Shown here: one piece after another, positions 32,325-45,831 of the stretch
How positions within the stretch are numbered: position 1 is the stretch's first letter
Layout: each line of letters begins with the position of its first letter
Source of the DNA: Escherichia coli O157:H7
GTDB taxonomy: Bacteria; Pseudomonadota; Gammaproteobacteria; Enterobacterales; Enterobacteriaceae
Assembly (NCBI RefSeq): GCF_013167455.1
Contig: NZ_CP038328.1
Direction: 5' to 3' (one strand)
DNA length: 64,000 nt
The notes under the pieces: generated by a model
Seen by the model: only the letters and a program-made list of their open reading frames with translations
The model's database searches: none
What the model was told of the DNA's origin: nothing
Translations under genes and position numbers: made by a program

Positions 32325-35128
<2,804 letters not shown>

Positions 35129-35132
<4 letters not shown>

Positions 35133-36073
35133 GCGTGCGCTCCTTCATGACGACGAATGCGTGGGTCCAGTGCGGCGTTGAGCAAATCGACAATCAAATT
35201 ACAGACCACAAAAACCACCACCATCATCAGCGTAAAGCACTGGATCACCGGATAGTCACGGTTAAAAATCGCCGACACCGCATAGCGCCCGACGCCGGGC
35301 CAGGTAAAGATGTTTTCGATAATCATCGTCCCGCCAATCAGTTCGCCAATGTGCATCCCCACGGCGGTGATCATCGGCAGCGAGGCATTGCGCAGAATAT
35401 GACGACGCTCGGTCTGTTTGTCATTCAGGCCGCGTAGCCGCGCCCAGGTGACGTGACGCTGACCGGCGACGTCCAGCATACTGGCGCGCAGCAGCCGTGC
35501 GTTAATCGCCAGCGACATAAAGGCAATGGAAACCGCAGGCAAAATGATGTGCTGCCAGCCGCCGTAGCCCATCGCGGGTAGCCATTGCAGATACACCGAA
35601 AACGCCATCACCAGTAAAAATGCCAGCCAGAAGTTGGGCATCGACACGCCGAGAAACGCGATGAAACGTACGGCGAAATCCGGCAGACGGTCACGATGGC
35701 GCGCCGCCCAGATACCGAGCGGTACGGAAGTGAGCAGAATTAATACCAGCGCCGCACCCGCCAGTTCCAGCGTGGCGGGCAGGAAGTTCAGCATATCGTC
35801 CAGCACCGGGCGCTGCGTGGCAAATGAGATGCCGAAATCAAGATGCAGCGCCTTCCACAACCAGGTGCCGTACTGCACATACAGCGGCTGATCCAGTCCC
35901 AGCATGGTGCGGGTAGAGGCCAGCATCTCCGGCGTCGGCGGCAGGTTAGACAGACGCAAATAATCGAGCGCCGGGTCGCCGGTACCGAGGCGCAGCATCA
36001 GAAAAATGATCACCGAGGCGGCGAGCACCATCGGGATCAGCAGCAGAAAGCGGCGTAATACGTAACGCAACAT
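35129..36073 (-). CDS. nikB: Nickel ABC transporter permease
   Basis: 314 aa; BPD-transporter inner-membrane component. Confidence 0.9.
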
Positions 36074-37647
36074 TAAGGTTTCACCGGTTTAATCTGTTCG
36101 AACGGAATTTCGGTGGCGATCGGCGCGTAGGGGATGTTACCCAGCTCCGGTTTTGATACCACCATCATTGAGATGTAACTGATAGGCAGATAAACCGCCT
36201 CGTCATGCAGACGGGTCAGAATGTCGCGATACAGTGCCTGACGTTGTGCTTCGTCATGGGTCGCCAGCACTTCGCCGATCTCTTTATCAATCAGCGGCTT
36301 GTCGGCTAATCCTTGCTGTGCCTGGAAGTCAGCGTGCGACGGTACGCGCATTGAACTCAGGAAGGCGTGTGGATCGTATGGCGCGCCCCAGGTGCGGTGG
36401 AAAATCATGCCAAAACGACCGTCGCGCTGACGCGCATAGATACTGCTCTCTTCTTCGCCAATCAGCGAGACATCTGCGCCAATCTGGCGCATATCAGCCT
36501 GAATGATTTCCGCCATCGATTTGCTTAACGCATCGGTGCCGATGAACGAAAGTTCAATGTGCAGCGGCTGACCATTTTTCTCGCGGATGTCTTTGCCCGC
36601 AGGCAGCGTCCAACCGGCTTTTTCCAGCAACGCTTTCGCTTTCTGCGGATCGTACTGGCGCGGTTTCAGGCCGAGGTTGGCGTAGGGCACAGAAGGGGCA
36701 AACAGGGTGTCGGCGACCTGCTGGGTGCCATACAACGCGTTATCAATCAGCGATTTTTTGTTTACCGCGTAATTAAGAGCTTCACGTACTGCCAGCTCAT
36801 TGGTGGGGGCTTTGGCGGTATTAAGCGCCAGCATCACGGTTTCGATCGGCTGTGACAGTTGGGTATGGTAAGCCGGGTTCTGGCTAAAGCGGGCGAAGGT
36901 ATCGAGCGGTAATAACCCTTCGTTTCCGTACAGCAGGTCGATATCGCCAGTTTCAAACGCCACCGCGCGGGTAGTCGGGTCTGGGATGACGTTAAAAGTG
37001 ATCTTCTTAATTGCCGGCTTTTCGCCCCAGTAGTTTTCGTTACGGACGAAGACATCGTACTGATTCAGTTTCGATTCCTGCAAAACCCACGGTCCGGTGC
37101 CAATCGGCGCTTTAATCCCGTTCATGGTTTCATGGTTTTTAAACTGCGAGGGGGCGATAAAGCGGAAAGGGCGCGGCAGGGCCAGTTCTTGCAGGAAAGG
37201 ATAGTAGGCGCTTTTCAGGGTGATTTGCAGCTCTGTTTTACTGAGTGCTTTAACATCAACAATCTGGTTTGCCAGCTCCAGCCAGGCGTGACGTTGACGG
37301 TTATCGAGCACTGCGCGGAAGTTTTCTGCCGCCGCCTCTGCATCAAACGGTTCGCCGTTAGAGAATTTCACGTCATCACGCAGGGTGAAGGTCCAGATTT
37401 TACCATCTTCTGAATGAGTCCAGCTTTTTGCCAGCCACGGGATCACCGAACCGTCTGCCTGATATTTCACCAATGGTTCATAAACCATGCTCTGGGCGAA
37501 CATCTGGTTAGGCGTGTAAAGGTGCGGGTTTAGTGGCCCGACATTCACCGGCCAGGCGGTGGTGATTTCATCTGGTGCAGCGGCATGGACGATAAAAGAC
37601 GCACAAGCCAGCAGCGCAAATAGAGTGCGGCGGAGTGTGGAGAGCAT
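36073..37647 (-). CDS. nikA: Periplasmic nickel-binding protein
   Basis: 524 aa; signal peptide followed by a family-5 solute-binding protein. Confidence 0.9.
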   Translation of the reverse strand: MLSTLRRTLFALLACASFIVHAAAPDEITTAWPVNVGPLNPHLYTPNQMFAQSMVYEPLVKYQADGSVIPWLAKSWTHSEDGKIWTFTLRDDVKFSNGEPFDAEAAAENFRAVLDNRQRHAWLELANQIVDVKALSKTELQITLKSAYYPFLQELALPRPFRFIAPSQFKNHETMNGIKAPIGTGPWVLQESKLNQYDVFVRNENYWGEKPAIKKITFNVIPDPTTRAVAFETGDIDLLYGNEGLLPLDTFARFSQNPAYHTQLSQPIETVMLALNTAKAPTNELAVREALNYAVNKKSLIDNALYGTQQVADTLFAPSVPYANLGLKPRQYDPQKAKALLEKAGWTLPAGKDIREKNGQPLHIELSFIGTDALSKSMAEIIQADMRQIGADVSLIGEEESSIYARQRDGRFGMIFHRTWGAPYDPHAFLSSMRVPSHADFQAQQGLADKPLIDKEIGEVLATHDEAQRQALYRDILTRLHDEAVYLPISYISMMVVSKPELGNIPYAPIATEIPFEQIKPVKP

Positions 37648-37757
37648 GGTAACCCCAATGGATTAAAATAGATGGCGGAAATAAGTATGACGATTTTAAG
37701 TATTCGTCATACTGATTACCTGTTCTGGATCAATAGATGGGCAGTCGGGTGGGCGGA

Positions 37758-38345
37758 TCAGTTAACTGAATCGATCCATTGCACACTGTCGGCGGTGAGC
37801 GTAAAGGGAGTAGGGGTGCAGATCGCCAGGCTTAAATTTTCTAGCTGACAATGGCTGACTGACAGCGAGGAGTGATAGGTGCTGTCTACGCTGACGATTT
37901 GCCAGGCGCTGCCACCACGCTGTTTAACGATGGCTTCTTTGCGCGTCCAGATGCGCCAGAACATTTCCAGTTGCTGATCAGGATGCACGGCGTCCATCTC
38001 AGCATGTTCCCCGAGGCTGAACACGGCGTTCGCCAGCCAGCGCCAGTTGGCGCGCGGGCGAATCACTTCGATATCGCAGCCGACTTCGCCTTCATCACTC
38101 AACAGCAGGGCGATATCGTCACCGCTATGGCTTAAGTTGAACCATAGCGGCGTTTCCGGCGCAAATGCAGGTTTGCCTTGTTCGCCATAGATGATCTCCG
38201 GTAGCGGGGAAAGCGTGTGCGAAAGCAATGCACGCCCCGCCAGCCAGCGTTCGCGTCGTGGACCTTGCGGTGCTTGCTCGCGTAAACCCGGTGGCAGTGG
38301 AGCTGCGCTTAAGGTCGAAACTTTCCCCAGAACTATCCGATACAT
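37758..38345 (-). CDS. acpT: 4'-phosphopantetheinyl transferase (holo-ACP synthase type)
   Basis: ORF frame 37758..38465; start placed at internal Met 38345 (MYRIVLGKVSTLSA...), giving 195 aa; Sfp-type motifs GKPAF and WTRKEAIVK. Confidence 0.85.
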   Translation of the reverse strand: MYRIVLGKVSTLSAAPLPPGLREQAPQGPRRERWLAGRALLSHTLSPLPEIIYGEQGKPAFAPETPLWFNLSHSGDDIALLLSDEGEVGCDIEVIRPRANWRWLANAVFSLGEHAEMDAVHPDQQLEMFWRIWTRKEAIVKQRGGSAWQIVSVDSTYHSSLSVSHCQLENLSLAICTPTPFTLTADSVQWIDSVN

Positions 38346-38346
38346 A

Positions 38347-39576
38347 TCAGGGCCAACGTTTAATGATGATGGATGTATTAATGCCGCCAAAGGCAAAGTT
38401 GTTACTCTGCAAAAACTCACAATCAACCTTGCGGGCTTCATGCATGATGTAATCCAGCGCGCCACAATTCGGGTCTGGTTTATTCAGGTTTAGCGTAGGC
38501 GCAAACCAACCTTCGCGCATCATTTGCAGACTCATCCAGGCTTCGAGCGCGCCACAGGCACCAAGCGTATGACCAAAATAACTTTTCAGCGAGGAGAGCG
38601 GCACATTATCACCGTAAATGGTTGCTGTCGCCAGACTTTCTGCCATATCACCGCGATCGGTCGCCGTACCATGCGCTGAAATATAGCCGATATCTTGTGC
38701 GCTTAACCCGGCGATTTTCAGCGATTGCTCCATACAATACTGCATGGTTTCGCGCTGCGGCTGGGTAATATGTGCCGCGTCGCAGTTAGTCGCAAAGCCG
38801 ACGATTTCACCGTAAATGGTCGCGCCGCGCGCTTTGGCGTGCTCCAGTTCTTCGAGAATGAGCGTACCTGCGCCTTCACCAATCACCAGCCCGTCGCGGT
38901 TTTCATCGAACGGTGAAGGTGTGGTTTTCGGCGCATCATTGTGCTGGCTGGTGGCGAAAAGCGTATCAAATACCGCTGCTTCTGAAGGACATAACTCTTC
39001 GGCACCACCAGCAACCATCACCGTTTGATAACCGTGGCGAATGGCTTCCCACGCATAACCGATTGCCTGGCTGCCGGAAGTACAGGCGCTGGAGGTTGGG
39101 ATCACCCGCCCGCGCAGGCCGAAAAAGAGGCCAGTATTAACGGCGGTGGTGTGCGGCATCATCTGCACATAGGTGGTGCCAGTGATGTTATTGGTGTGCT
39201 TTTCCGTCAGCATGGTGGCGAACTCGCTTACCGGGCCGGTACTGCCGGTCGATGAACCGTACGCAATGCCCGTTTCGCCGCTGGTTAATATCGGATCGCC
39301 AATCAACCCTGCCTGCTCTAACGCCAGCTCGCTGGCACGGGTCGACATTTGCGACACGCGGCCCATCGCACGGATACGCTTGCGGGTGTAGTGCTCCGGT
39401 AGCGTGAAATCATCAACAGGCGCGCCAAGCAGGGTGTGCAGCCCATCGTAGACCTGCCACTCCGGCATTTTGCGCACCGCATTTTCATATGCCAGTAAGC
39501 GTGCAGAAACGTCCTGCCAGTTTTCACCAAAGGCAGTCACGCCGCCCATTCCTGTAATCACTACGCGACGTGTCAT
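38347..39576 (-). CDS. Beta-ketoacyl-ACP synthase, FabB/FabF-like (APE cluster)
   Basis: 409 aa; active-site SSACTSG and His-containing AHGTATD and GHTLGACG motifs. Confidence 0.85.
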   Translation of the reverse strand: MTRRVVITGMGGVTAFGENWQDVSARLLAYENAVRKMPEWQVYDGLHTLLGAPVDDFTLPEHYTRKRIRAMGRVSQMSTRASELALEQAGLIGDPILTSGETGIAYGSSTGSTGPVSEFATMLTEKHTNNITGTTYVQMMPHTTAVNTGLFFGLRGRVIPTSSACTSGSQAIGYAWEAIRHGYQTVMVAGGAEELCPSEAAVFDTLFATSQHNDAPKTTPSPFDENRDGLVIGEGAGTLILEELEHAKARGATIYGEIVGFATNCDAAHITQPQRETMQYCMEQSLKIAGLSAQDIGYISAHGTATDRGDMAESLATATIYGDNVPLSSLKSYFGHTLGACGALEAWMSLQMMREGWFAPTLNLNKPDPNCGALDYIMHEARKVDCEFLQSNNFAFGGINTSIIIKRWP

Positions 39577-40304
39577 AACATCCCTCCGTTGATGGAAATA
39601 ACCTGGCGGGTGACGTAACCCGCAATATCAGACATTAAATAGCTGGCAAGCCCGGCAACTTCTTCCGCCTGGCCCATGCGTTTCATGGGGATCATCGACA
39701 TTGCCTCTTTCAGGGCGCTCTCTTCCATTTCGATCATCCCGGTATCAATAAGCCCCGGCGCGATGCAGTTGACGGTGATTTTGCGCTTCGCGAGTTCGAT
39801 AGCCAGCGCTTTTGTTGCGCCGATAATTCCGGCTTTGGCAGCGCTGTAATTCACCTGGCCGCGATTGCCCATTACGCCGGAAACCGAGGATAGCGTGATG
39901 ATGCGCCCACCCTGGCGTGCGCCGATCATCGGCATAATGCACGGCTGAATGACGTTGTAGAAACTGTCGAGGTTGGTGTGGATCACCGCATCCCAGTCGT
40001 CATCGCTTAAAGCCGGAAAAGCGGCATCGCGGGCGATCCCGGCGTTACTGACCACGCCGTACCAGGCACCGTGTTGCGCGATTTCGTGCTCCAGCACTTC
40101 CCGACACTGTTCGCGGTTTGCGACGTCGAAACTGAGCAAACGCCCGTTACCCCCATTGGCGACAATGGCATTCAGCGTTTCCTGAGCGCCTGTGGCGTCA
40201 CGGTGATAGTGAACGCCAATGTTAAAGCCGTCTGCCGCCAGTTGGCAGGCGATGGCGCGACCAATGCCTTTGCTGGCACCAGTAACCAGAACTGAACGAC
40301 TCAT
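39573..40304 (-). CDS. 3-oxoacyl-ACP reductase, SDR family (APE cluster)
   Basis: 243 aa; NAD(P) motif TGASKGIGRA, catalytic YSAAK. Confidence 0.85.
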   Translation of the reverse strand: MSRSVLVTGASKGIGRAIACQLAADGFNIGVHYHRDATGAQETLNAIVANGGNGRLLSFDVANREQCREVLEHEIAQHGAWYGVVSNAGIARDAAFPALSDDDWDAVIHTNLDSFYNVIQPCIMPMIGARQGGRIITLSSVSGVMGNRGQVNYSAAKAGIIGATKALAIELAKRKITVNCIAPGLIDTGMIEMEESALKEAMSMIPMKRMGQAEEVAGLASYLMSDIAGYVTRQVISINGGML

Positions 40305-40768
40305 CAGGACGCTCCTTGTTGAAACAGGGTGGTAAGTTCTTCCGCGGTCGGCTGGAAGGTGTTAATGCGGCCCGTCGCCTCGCCGTCGTTGATGCTGCAC
40401 TCAAAACTGCCGAAGCGATCGTCTTGCATCAGCAGTTTGACGGTAATGGTCAGTGTCTGGCCTGCGGGCAGAATGCCAGTGGTGCAAAGCAATTCACGCG
40501 CGCCCAGTATCATCCCTAACTCAATACTGTTTTTGCCCTGCTGGTGGCGATGCCAGCCAGACCAGACGCCGACGGTTTGCGCCATCAGTTCAAGGGTAAA
40601 CCAGCCGGGGAGATTGCCGTCCGGGTCGAGAAACGGTGCCAGTACGCCACTGGGCGAAACCGTCACGCGGCACACCGCGCTGTCATCGCTGACGCTCACC
40701 ACGTCTTCCAGCAGTAACATGGGCGCGTCGTGGGGCAGATAAGCGCCGGGGGATAAATAGTGGCTCAC
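40304..40768 (-). CDS. Hot-dog fold 3-hydroxyacyl-ACP dehydratase (APE cluster)
   Basis: 154 aa; FabA/FabZ-like hot-dog fold. Confidence 0.7.
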   Translation of the reverse strand: MSHYLSPGAYLPHDAPMLLLEDVVSVSDDSAVCRVTVSPSGVLAPFLDPDGNLPGWFTLELMAQTVGVWSGWHRHQQGKNSIELGMILGARELLCTTGILPAGQTLTITVKLLMQDDRFGSFECSINDGEATGRINTFQPTAEELTTLFQQGAS

Positions 40769-41943
40769 GAAACCCTCCCGAGCAGAATGCTGGCGTTATT
40801 GCCGCCAAAGGCGAAGGAATTGGACAGGATCACCGGACGTGCCAGCGGCTGCGGTTTTTCGATAATGCCACACGGTGGCAGCGTGGGATCGCGCGGCGAC
40901 AGGCTGAAGTCCTGAGCGGGCAGCGGTAAATCACGCTGTAAAATCAACATACTAATTGCCGCCTCGGTAATGCCCGCTGTGCCCAGCGTGTGTCCGGTCA
41001 AATGTTTGGTGGAGCTGCACGGTACGCGTTCGCCAAACAGGGCGTTAACCACCATTGATTCAATCTGATCGTTGAGTTGTGTGGCGGTGCCGTGCAGGTT
41101 GATATAGCCGACGTCATCTGGCGTAAGCTGCGCATCGGTCAGCGCCTGATTAATAGCGCGGATCGCTCCTTCGCCCTGCGGATGCGGGGCTGAAATATGG
41201 TAAGCGTCGCTCGATTCACCAACGCCCAGCAACGCGATGGGCTGCGGTTCCCGGGTCAGCAGCATTAGCCCCGCCCCTTCACCAATGGTGATACCTGCGC
41301 GGTCACGACCAAACGGCTGACATAAGGTTGGCGACAGCGATTCGAGGCTGTGAAAACCGTTAATCGGCATCCGGCTCAGGGTGTCTGCGCCACCCACAAT
41401 GGCGGCATCGACCAGCCCCGCTTCGATAAGCCTGCGCCCGCTGATTATCGCTCTGGCGCTGGAAGAGCAGGCGGTTGAAAGGGTATAGGCCGGGCCGTCG
41501 AGCGCCAGCCAGTGGCTGAGAAAACGCGACGGATCGCCGAGTTCCTGTTGCGCGTAGTGCCATGTGGTGCTCGGCTGCCCGTGGGTGCGCAGGTTAACGT
41601 GCGTGTCGCCTTCATGCAGGCCGGAGGTGCTGGTACCAAGCACAATCGCAATGCGCTCGCGGCCATATTTCGCAATGGCGTCATCAACCTGCGGCTGGAT
41701 CTGCGCCAGCGCCGCCAGCAGGATCTGATTGTTGCGCGAGCGGTGCGCAGCGAATTTTTCCGGGATAAGCGGAAGCTCGCCATCCACGCCAGCCAGGACC
41801 GCCTGCGGATGCCCCTGCAACCAGCCTGCGCGCGGGCGCATGCCGGGAGCAACACCGCGAGTCAGGTTGGTTGCGATTTCGTCAAGGTTATTTCCCAGGG
41901 CGTTGATCATGCCGACGGCGGAAATATAAATCATATCAGTCAC
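40765..41943 (-). CDS. Beta-ketoacyl-ACP synthase (APE cluster)
   Basis: 392 aa; thiolase fold with TACSSS active-site Cys region and HGTAT / GHTLGTAG His motifs. Confidence 0.8.
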   Translation of the reverse strand: MTDMIYISAVGMINALGNNLDEIATNLTRGVAPGMRPRAGWLQGHPQAVLAGVDGELPLIPEKFAAHRSRNNQILLAALAQIQPQVDDAIAKYGRERIAIVLGTSTSGLHEGDTHVNLRTHGQPSTTWHYAQQELGDPSRFLSHWLALDGPAYTLSTACSSSARAIISGRRLIEAGLVDAAIVGGADTLSRMPINGFHSLESLSPTLCQPFGRDRAGITIGEGAGLMLLTREPQPIALLGVGESSDAYHISAPHPQGEGAIRAINQALTDAQLTPDDVGYINLHGTATQLNDQIESMVVNALFGERVPCSSTKHLTGHTLGTAGITEAAISMLILQRDLPLPAQDFSLSPRDPTLPPCGIIEKPQPLARPVILSNSFAFGGNNASILLGRVS

Positions 41944-42520
41944 CTAAGTATTGAATGGTGATGTGGTATTTAAAGACATGCTGCTCAATGCTGATTGGCA
42001 CGCGTTTGCCCTTGCGATTCAGATAGGTGATTTCCGTGACCAGTTTGCCGCTGGCGTTACGCAGCTCGCGTTTGTCACCGTTGTCGCGAAGTGTCCATCC
42101 TGCGGGAAGTTGCGGTTGCCAGGCGCTAATCGGCCAGTGGCTGAGCATCACGTCAGCCAGTACCTGACTTGCGGGCGGTAACTGTGGGACGACGATGGAT
42201 TGCTCGGCGCGTAGCCCTTGCGCATCGTAGGTCACCAGAAACAGGCGAATGCCGACCGACGACAGCCCGGCAAGGGTGATTTTCTGATCGTCGGCGTTAA
42301 GCATCACTAACAGCGACTGGGTTTTGCCGTTGAAGCTGCCGGTCAACAGTTGCTGCGAATTGACTGCGGGTGAAATCCCTGGTGCCGGCAGCGTGATGCG
42401 CGTGCCAGGTTGCAGCCACGCCTGCGGGCGGCCTTCCTGTTCTGGTTGCGAGTGGCTACAGCCGGTGAGGATAAGCGTAGCGGTCAGGGCGAACGCTCGC
42501 CAGAATGTGGATTTGATCAT
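41936..42520 (-). CDS. Lipoprotein, DUF3261-like (APE cluster)
   Basis: 194 aa; signal peptide with lipobox LTGC. Confidence 0.65.
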   Translation of the reverse strand: MIKSTFWRAFALTATLILTGCSHSQPEQEGRPQAWLQPGTRITLPAPGISPAVNSQQLLTGSFNGKTQSLLVMLNADDQKITLAGLSSVGIRLFLVTYDAQGLRAEQSIVVPQLPPASQVLADVMLSHWPISAWQPQLPAGWTLRDNGDKRELRNASGKLVTEITYLNRKGKRVPISIEQHVFKYHITIQYLGD

Positions 42521-44835
42521 TTTTTTGTTCTCTTTTTATCGGGCATAGCCAGCGGCGAAAGCAGGAAGGCGGTGAAAATACCGCTCACCAGCACAATGCC
42601 AAAACTGCTGATGGCCTGGGTGGCGCTGAATACCAGCATACCCAGCGTCAGCAAGGTGGTGAGCATTGCCAGCGCGATCGCCAGTAGCGAAGTTAACGGT
42701 GTACCGCGCGGATTACTGAAAAACAGCGTGTAGTTGATACCGATGCCAAGCACCAGCACCAGCGCCAGCAGCGAAAAGAGATTCACCGCCTGCCCGCTCA
42801 TCGCCAGCACCGCCAGACCACAGCCCAGCGAAAGCACCGAAGGCACCAGGCTGATAAGCCCTTTGCGCCAGCCGAGACGGGCCACTGCGCCGCAGGCAAT
42901 CACTGCCAGCGCCACCAGCAACAAGCCGGTTAAGACGTAGCGGTAAAGTGCGAACAATTCATCAAAGGTGCTTTTGCGATCAACCCAGGCAATGCCGCAA
43001 GGGTAATATGTGGCGATTTCCTGCATCAACGCGCTACTTTTAACCCCTTCAACCGGCACCAGTACGCCGCTTTCGCCGTTTTCCAGCGTCAGCCACAGCA
43101 GACGCCAGCCTTCACTGGCGGGGCTTGCCAGCCATTCATCAACGTTCACTGGCATGGCGTTGAGATCCGGGTTCACTGCCGTCAGCCCGGCATTTTGCAG
43201 CGCTTTTGTTACTGTCGGGGCCGCCGTTTTCAGCAGTTGTAAATCTTCCTCCTGCCGCGCAAGGGAGTTCAGCGGAATGGTGCGGTAGTTGCTGATAAGC
43301 CCCTCTTTTTTCGCATACTCAAGTGAGGCGGTATATTTCTCCAGTCGCCGCAATGTTTGCTGTGGCGAATCGCCGTAAACCACAAACCATTTTTGATCGA
43401 CGCTCTGCCCGGTCAGGGCGGTAATGGCTTTTTCCTGCGCCAGAATATGCTGCGGTAGCGCCTGTAACTGCGAGATATCGTCATCGACGCGTAGCATTGA
43501 CATCCCCGCCAGCGAAAACAGCGCCAGCGCGACGGGCAGACCCAGCGACAGTTTTTTATTACGCCGCCACGCTGCCAGCCAGCGTAGCATCAGCGCCATC
43601 GCCGGAACCGGACGCACCGGCAGGCCACGGCACAGCCACGGATGCCAGAACAGGACGGTCAGACAGGAGGCGCTCAACCCGACGGCGGCAAAAATCGCCA
43701 TCTGGCGAATGCCGGGGAAGGGGGCGAGCATCATAATCAGATACGCCGCCACGGTGGTGAGCAGCGCCAGTAGCAAGGCATTGCGTACTTTCGCCAGGCT
43801 TTGCCACGGCGAAACGTCGTTGCCGTGAACCATCCGCTCGGTGAGATAATAGAGCGTGTAGTCAGCGGAAATGCCGATAACGCTCATGCTCATCACCAGC
43901 GTCATCAGGTGTAATTCACCGAAAATCAATAAAGTGGCGACCGTTCCCGCCAGCGCGCCGATGCCGATGGAAATCACGCAAAGCAGCAACGGGCGTAAAG
44001 AGCGGAACACCGCCACAATCAGCAATATCACCCCCAGCAGCGTAGCCACGCCCAGGGTGGAGATATCCTGCTTCGCCTGTTGGCTGGCGTAATCGCTGTA
44101 AAACACCGTGCCGCGCGAGAGCAACTGTGCCTGCGGGTAACGCGTTTTCAGATCCTTTTCCAGCGTATTCAGGGTCGTGATCAGCTGGTGGGTTTGCTGC
44201 ATATCAAACGACGATCCCGCCAGTTCGCCGTGCAGCAGATACCAGTAGTTGCCCTGGGGATCCTGCGTCACCAGCCAACCGTCCATCAGCCGCAAACGCT
44301 GGCCGTTTTTCGCCATTGCCAGCTGCGAGCCGCGCATTAACATCAGCGGATCGTTTTGCAGCTCCTTGCCGCTTACGCCGGAGAATGCGGAATAAAGCTG
44401 GGAGAGGATCCACTGTGCCTGCGCTTCGCCGCCGTTTTGCAGGCGGGCGCGGGTGTTGGGGTCAATCAGGCCGTTGCGATGCTGCCAGAAAAACGCTCCC
44501 CACGCCTGCTGGCTGGCGGCATCCATTGGCCCTTTAACGTCGCCGAGCGCAGCGGATTTTTGCAGCAGCGTCAGCCACTCCTGAGCGACCAAAGGATTAG
44601 CCTCTTTACCGGGGCTGACCAGCCACACCAGTTGGCGGTCAAGACGCTGCATAAAGCCGTCATTCAGCGCCGGAGGAATATCGCCCATCGTCTGTTTGGG
44701 TAACATAGCCAGCACGCTACTGTTCAGCCGTGATTGCGGCAGCAGGATCAGCAACGCCACCGCCATGACCAGGCAGACTAGCCCCCATAACAGCGCGGGG
44801 CGTTTACTGGGCGGCAAAACGTTGGCGTTCGTCAT
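42517..44835 (-). CDS. MMPL/RND-superfamily membrane exporter (APE cluster)
   Basis: 772 aa; two TM bundles separated by large periplasmic domains. Confidence 0.75.
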   Translation of the reverse strand: MTNANVLPPSKRPALLWGLVCLVMAVALLILLPQSRLNSSVLAMLPKQTMGDIPPALNDGFMQRLDRQLVWLVSPGKEANPLVAQEWLTLLQKSAALGDVKGPMDAASQQAWGAFFWQHRNGLIDPNTRARLQNGGEAQAQWILSQLYSAFSGVSGKELQNDPLMLMRGSQLAMAKNGQRLRLMDGWLVTQDPQGNYWYLLHGELAGSSFDMQQTHQLITTLNTLEKDLKTRYPQAQLLSRGTVFYSDYASQQAKQDISTLGVATLLGVILLIVAVFRSLRPLLLCVISIGIGALAGTVATLLIFGELHLMTLVMSMSVIGISADYTLYYLTERMVHGNDVSPWQSLAKVRNALLLALLTTVAAYLIMMLAPFPGIRQMAIFAAVGLSASCLTVLFWHPWLCRGLPVRPVPAMALMLRWLAAWRRNKKLSLGLPVALALFSLAGMSMLRVDDDISQLQALPQHILAQEKAITALTGQSVDQKWFVVYGDSPQQTLRRLEKYTASLEYAKKEGLISNYRTIPLNSLARQEEDLQLLKTAAPTVTKALQNAGLTAVNPDLNAMPVNVDEWLASPASEGWRLLWLTLENGESGVLVPVEGVKSSALMQEIATYYPCGIAWVDRKSTFDELFALYRYVLTGLLLVALAVIACGAVARLGWRKGLISLVPSVLSLGCGLAVLAMSGQAVNLFSLLALVLVLGIGINYTLFFSNPRGTPLTSLLAIALAMLTTLLTLGMLVFSATQAISSFGIVLVSGIFTAFLLSPLAMPDKKRTKK

Positions 44836-45409
44836 CGGTCAGTTGCGCTGGCGTCAGTTGATGTTGGGTAAGAGCAATATCGGTGCGATCGCCCTGTTTA
44901 TCATTAAGTTGAATGCTCTCCAGATAGGTTTTCCCGGCGAGATCGATGGTGTTGAAAATTTTATCCAGCGGCGTGGTGGTCGGCGTCAGGCGCAGCGTCC
45001 AGCGGCCTTCGCCTTTGTCAGCAAATTCGACGCGGAAGTTTTGTTCCAGCACTTTGCGATCGGCCTGGAACAACGCGCGCAGCAGGTGGTTAAACTGGAA
45101 CATCTGCGGGTTGTTTTCTGCCGTGATGATTTGCGGCGGCTGACCGTTGATCACCTGCACCATGCGTTTATCGTCCAGTAATAGTTGCATGGGGAACGGT
45201 GAGGTTTGATCCCACAACAGCCCCTGGTCGCGGGCGATCAACATCTGGCCCTGAGATCGCAGCGGCTGCGGCAGATCTTTAATCGTCCGGGTTTGATCGA
45301 AATGGGCGCGGATCACCGGTTGTTCGGTAAAGCGTTGCTGAAGATCGTCCAGGGTCAGGGCGCTCACAAACGGGCTAATCAGCAGCGCCAGCAGCGGTAA
45401 AAATTTCAT
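44804..45409 (-). CDS. LolA-like periplasmic lipoprotein-carrier protein (APE cluster)
   Basis: 201 aa; signal peptide MKFLPLLALLISPFVSA; LolA-like. Confidence 0.7.
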   Translation of the reverse strand: MKFLPLLALLISPFVSALTLDDLQQRFTEQPVIRAHFDQTRTIKDLPQPLRSQGQMLIARDQGLLWDQTSPFPMQLLLDDKRMVQVINGQPPQIITAENNPQMFQFNHLLRALFQADRKVLEQNFRVEFADKGEGRWTLRLTPTTTPLDKIFNTIDLAGKTYLESIQLNDKQGDRTDIALTQHQLTPAQLTDDERQRFAAQ

Positions 45410-45828
45410 GGTTTGACTCCCATGCGTTCAAACAGAATATCGGGGCTGACAAAGCACAGTTCGCGACTTTGCTCGTCGACCGCGACCTGAATGGTGTATC
45501 CGGTGGTGGCGCGTTTGCCCGTTTCGGCATCGAAAATCTGATAGCCAATCCGCAGACGGTTTTCGAACTCTTCGATATGCGCACGCACGCGGATGCGTTG
45601 CTCAAAGGTGAGGGCGTGGCGATATTTCACCCGCGCATCGACCACTGGCCACAAATAACCGGACTCTTTCATTTGCCGATAGCCGTAATTGAACTGGTTG
45701 AGCAGCGCCTCGCGAGCCACTTCAAAGTAGCGAAAATAGTTACCGTGCCAGGCCACGCCCATCATATCGACGTCGTGAAAGGGAATGGTCAGCTCGACTT
45801 CTGCGGTAAATCGGGGATCGTTCAGCAC
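45406..45828 (-). CDS. Hot-dog (4HBT/YbgC-like) acyl thioesterase (APE cluster)
   Basis: 140 aa; FHDVDMMGVAWHGNYFRYFE thioesterase motif region. Confidence 0.75.
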   Translation of the reverse strand: MLNDPRFTAEVELTIPFHDVDMMGVAWHGNYFRYFEVAREALLNQFNYGYRQMKESGYLWPVVDARVKYRHALTFEQRIRVRAHIEEFENRLRIGYQIFDAETGKRATTGYTIQVAVDEQSRELCFVSPDILFERMGVKP

Positions 45829-45831
45829 CCT